Part shown: positions 60,909 through 64,000 of the stretch, piece by piece
How the letters are laid out: every line of letters starts with the position of its first letter
Position numbering within the stretch: the stretch's first letter is position 1
DNA from: Fimicolochytrium jonesii
Taxonomy: Eukaryota
Assembly (NCBI RefSeq): GCF_025526975.1
Contig: NW_026515690.1
Span: forward strand, 310,001-374,000
Reading direction: 5' to 3'
Length of the DNA: 64,000 bases
Notes under the pieces: model-generated
Databases searched by the model: none
Told to the model about the DNA's origin: nothing
The model's input: only the letters and a program-made list of their open reading frames with translations
Program-made: the position numbers and the translations under genes

Positions 60909-63332
60909 TTAATGCTGCGTCGGCATGTTGACAGCCGCCTCGGTGGTCGTCGCGTCCTCATGCCTCCACAGCTGGGTGACGGTCTTGATGGAGGTGTAGA
61001 ACTGGACGCCCGACTTGCCGTAGAAGTTGAGGTCGCCGATAATGGAGCCGCGGGAGCCGGTGAAGGAGAACATGGGGAGGGGGACGGGGATCGGGACGTT
61101 GACGCTGGGGCGGGAGGCGGCGGGGTGGTTAGTGGGGTGGTGCAAAAGATGGGTGGTGCACCGTCCATTTGCAGCGGACGGGTACCGGAAACGGGGGTAT
61201 AGGTATGCGAAGTGACACCACAGGACCCAGAAAACCACCCCCAGAAATGGGGCAAAAAGGGGGTAACTCACCCAACTTGGCCAACATCAATCTCCTCGGT
61301 GAACTTCCTCGCGACCGCGCCCGAGTTTGTGAAAATCGCCGTTCCATTCCCATACGGGTTTCCATTGATGATCCTGATCGCGTCGTCGAGTGTATCGGCA
61401 AACAGCGCAACGAGGACAGGGCCAAAGATCTCCTCAGTGTAGCAGCGCATCGAAGGGGTCACGTTGCCGAGGATGGTGGGGCCGATGAAGTTGCCGGCCT
61501 GGTATTTGTGCGGGAGGGTGGGGTTGCGCCCGTCGAGGAGGAGGGTGGCGCCTTCGTCGATGCCTGGGGTGGGAGGGGGGGAAAGTGGGTTTTGCGTTAG
61601 TTCCGGTTTTTTGACGTGATTGCCCGGGGAGGCGCGAATACTTTGGACTTACCGGACTGGATAAGCTCGAGACACCTATGTTTAGCCTGCGGGGTGATAA
61701 GCGGGCCCAAATCGGCGCCGTCCTCAAACCCGCCCGTGACCTTCAACGCCTTGGCACGCTCCACAAGCTCCGGCATCCACTCCTTCGCCTTCCCCACAAA
61801 CACAACGGTGGAAAGCGCCATGCACCGCTGTCCAGCAGCTCCGAATGCAGCGCCGACCAGCTGGTTCAGGGTGTGGTTCTTGTTGGCGTCCGGCATGATC
61901 ACGCCGTGGTTCTTGGCGCCGAGGTTGGCTTGCACCCGCTTACCGTTGGCGGTTCCGCGGGCGAAGATGTACCGGCCGGCTTTGTCGCCGCCGACGAACG
62001 AGAGGGCGCGGATGGCCGGGTCGTCGCACATGAAGTTTACCGTGTCCTTTCCTGTAGTCGAGGATATTGAACTGAGTGGATGCTTCTCCCCGCGCTTTGA
62101 GATATACCGAGTGCATCACATACCACCGTGAACGACGTTAAGCACACCTTTGGGCAAACCAGCCTCCTCAGCCAGCTTCGCCAGCAACATCATGGCTCCC
62201 GGATCCCGCTCAGAGGGCTTCATGATGCAGGTGTTTCCGGTAGCGACGGCCAATGGAAACATCCACTACGGACAGCAAATTGCACGTATTAGATATGGAA
62301 ATATTTGGCGTGTGGACTGAAGTCTTGAGAAAGCTTACCAAGGGAATCATAGCAGGGAAGTTGAAGGGCGCAATCCCACCCACAACCCCAAGCGGTTCAC
62401 GGATTGTGAACGTGTCCATGTCGGTGGCCACAGGCAACTTCTCGCCCATGAGGAGGGAGGGTATACCACAGGCGTTCTCAACACTTTGAAACCGCAATGG
62501 GGGGTCAGTAACTTCGCCAATATCTTTCGATTTCGCATATCCCCCGCCTCAATGCAGTCTCAAACTCACACTTGCAACCCACGCAGCACATCCCCCTTCG
62601 CATCCGGGAACGTCTTTCCCTGCTCGGTCGTGATGGACGTCGCAAGCGCATCCTAAACACACATATCGGCAAAACATCGCCCCAATTAGTCCCCTCCGCC
62701 ATCCACCCAACCCCCCACATCAACGCTACGAAGCCCACTCCCTCGATGCGCATACCATGTTATCCCTAACAAGCAGCTGCAAATTCATCATGACCCTCTG
62801 CCTCGCCAACACGCTCGTCTTCTTCCACGTCTTGAACGCCTCTGCCGCCGTGCGGGACGCGTACTCGAGCTCCTTTGGGGTCGCTTGCGGGACCATCGTT
62901 ACGAGCTCTTGGGTTGCCTTGGGGGGTAGGTGGTGTCAGTCTGACACACTGGAGATCATGTTTACGTCCCGGCAAAAGAGTCAATTTTTTTTTTTGTCAA
63001 CTTCGTATACATACCGGGTTCCGTAGTTCAAACCACTGATCGGCCTGACTTTCAAAGAACTCTCCATTGACGTACAGCTGGGTGTTGGGCACCTTCTTGT
63101 CGGCCGTGGTGGTGGATGGTTTGGCGGCGGCGGACGCGGCGGAGGCGAGTGTGCATCGTTGCTGCTGGAAGCGGGCTAGAGGCTGGTAGCGGACCGGAGC
63201 GGAGGAAGGTGAGTATGGACTTTGGGAGGAAGAGAAAGTAAAGTGTAAACAAATCGGGAATGGGAGTGAACACACTAAGCATACCCGGGCAGCGAGGGCC
63301 CGCGAGGCGGCGAGACAGGTCCTGAAGTGCAT
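60909..63332 (-). CDS. ALDH6A1: Mitochondrial methylmalonate-semialdehyde dehydrogenase (ALDH6 family), multi-exon
   Basis: Presequence [59 protein letters not shown] (catalytic Cys); [38 protein letters not shown]. Confidence 0.95.
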
Positions 63333-64000
63333 TGCGAGGAGGGTGTTGTGGGAGGATAAGGGGGGTATGCGGAACTGCTGGGAGGAGGAAGCCGGGGGCT
63401 GCAGGACTGGAGTGGAGTGGTGCTTTTCAACCTGGTGGACGAAGCAAGGAGAAAAAAAGGCTTCTTCTGAACGAACCCGCTTGAGAGGAACACAGGGGGA
63501 GCACCAGCAGGTCATCAATGCATGTCGCGTGCCCTCTCGACGCGTATTCTTCTTATGATCCCGCCTGCCTCCATTGGCCGTCGGCGAGCGTTCGCAATCA
63601 TATGAGACGGACAACAGCGAGATGAACAGGACAACGCTTATACATAAGAAGAACATAGGGAAAGAAGAGAGCACGAAAGAAAACTACACCTAGATACATA
63701 TGACGAGACAAGAAGGGGATGGATAAAACTGTACTTTCTATGCGCGGTATGTTGTGTACGGAGAAAAGAGAGAGAGTCTGTCTACAAATGATGGGCTATA
63801 TGAAAACGGAGGAAATTTGAAAAAGAGGTGGAAAAAGGAACGACGAAGACCAACCAAGCTGTGATGAAATCTCGAAGCAATCGGAGTAAAGTGACAGATG
63901 CCAAGACGTCTCTAAGCCGCAATCTTAACCTTGCCCAAGCTAATAAGCCCCCTCGGCACGCCCCCCCGTTCCAACATCTGCTGATACGTCGCCCGCACCC

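Overview
Gene-dense, GC-rich, intron-rich eukaryotic nuclear DNA, most consistent with an early-diverging fungus (chytrid-like; this is inferred from gene content). I reconstructed 19 apparently intact protein-coding genes by joining exons at splice signals: Chk2-type FHA kinase (runs off the left edge), EMC8/9, a CX18C GATA factor, a MARVEL protein, a dual hybrid histidine kinase, an intronless F-box orphan, a secreted Cys-rich prepropeptide, MPE1/RBBP6, a Tra2/SR45a-type RRM protein, two low-complexity hypothetical proteins, a PMP22/Mpv17 protein, a membrane-anchored GH26, SPP1/CFP1, a mitochondrion-targeted RF2-type (SPF motif) release factor, an SRSF10-type SR protein, UTP4, an intronless F-box/ankyrin protein, an AreA-type GATA factor and methylmalonate-semialdehyde dehydrogenase. 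Two degraded genes are also present (an LRR gene and an RPT2 fragment). No rRNA, tRNA, CRISPR or transposase was recognised. The most notable observations are a fungal nuclear-encoded RF2, a pervasive C-rich-then-G-rich compositional polarity of exons, a very long MPE1 intron with an internal stop-producing acceptor, motif arrays downstream of the GATA and Tra2-like stop codons, and recurrent intergenic TACAGTA/TACTGTA motifs. All exon models were made by eye and are unverified.
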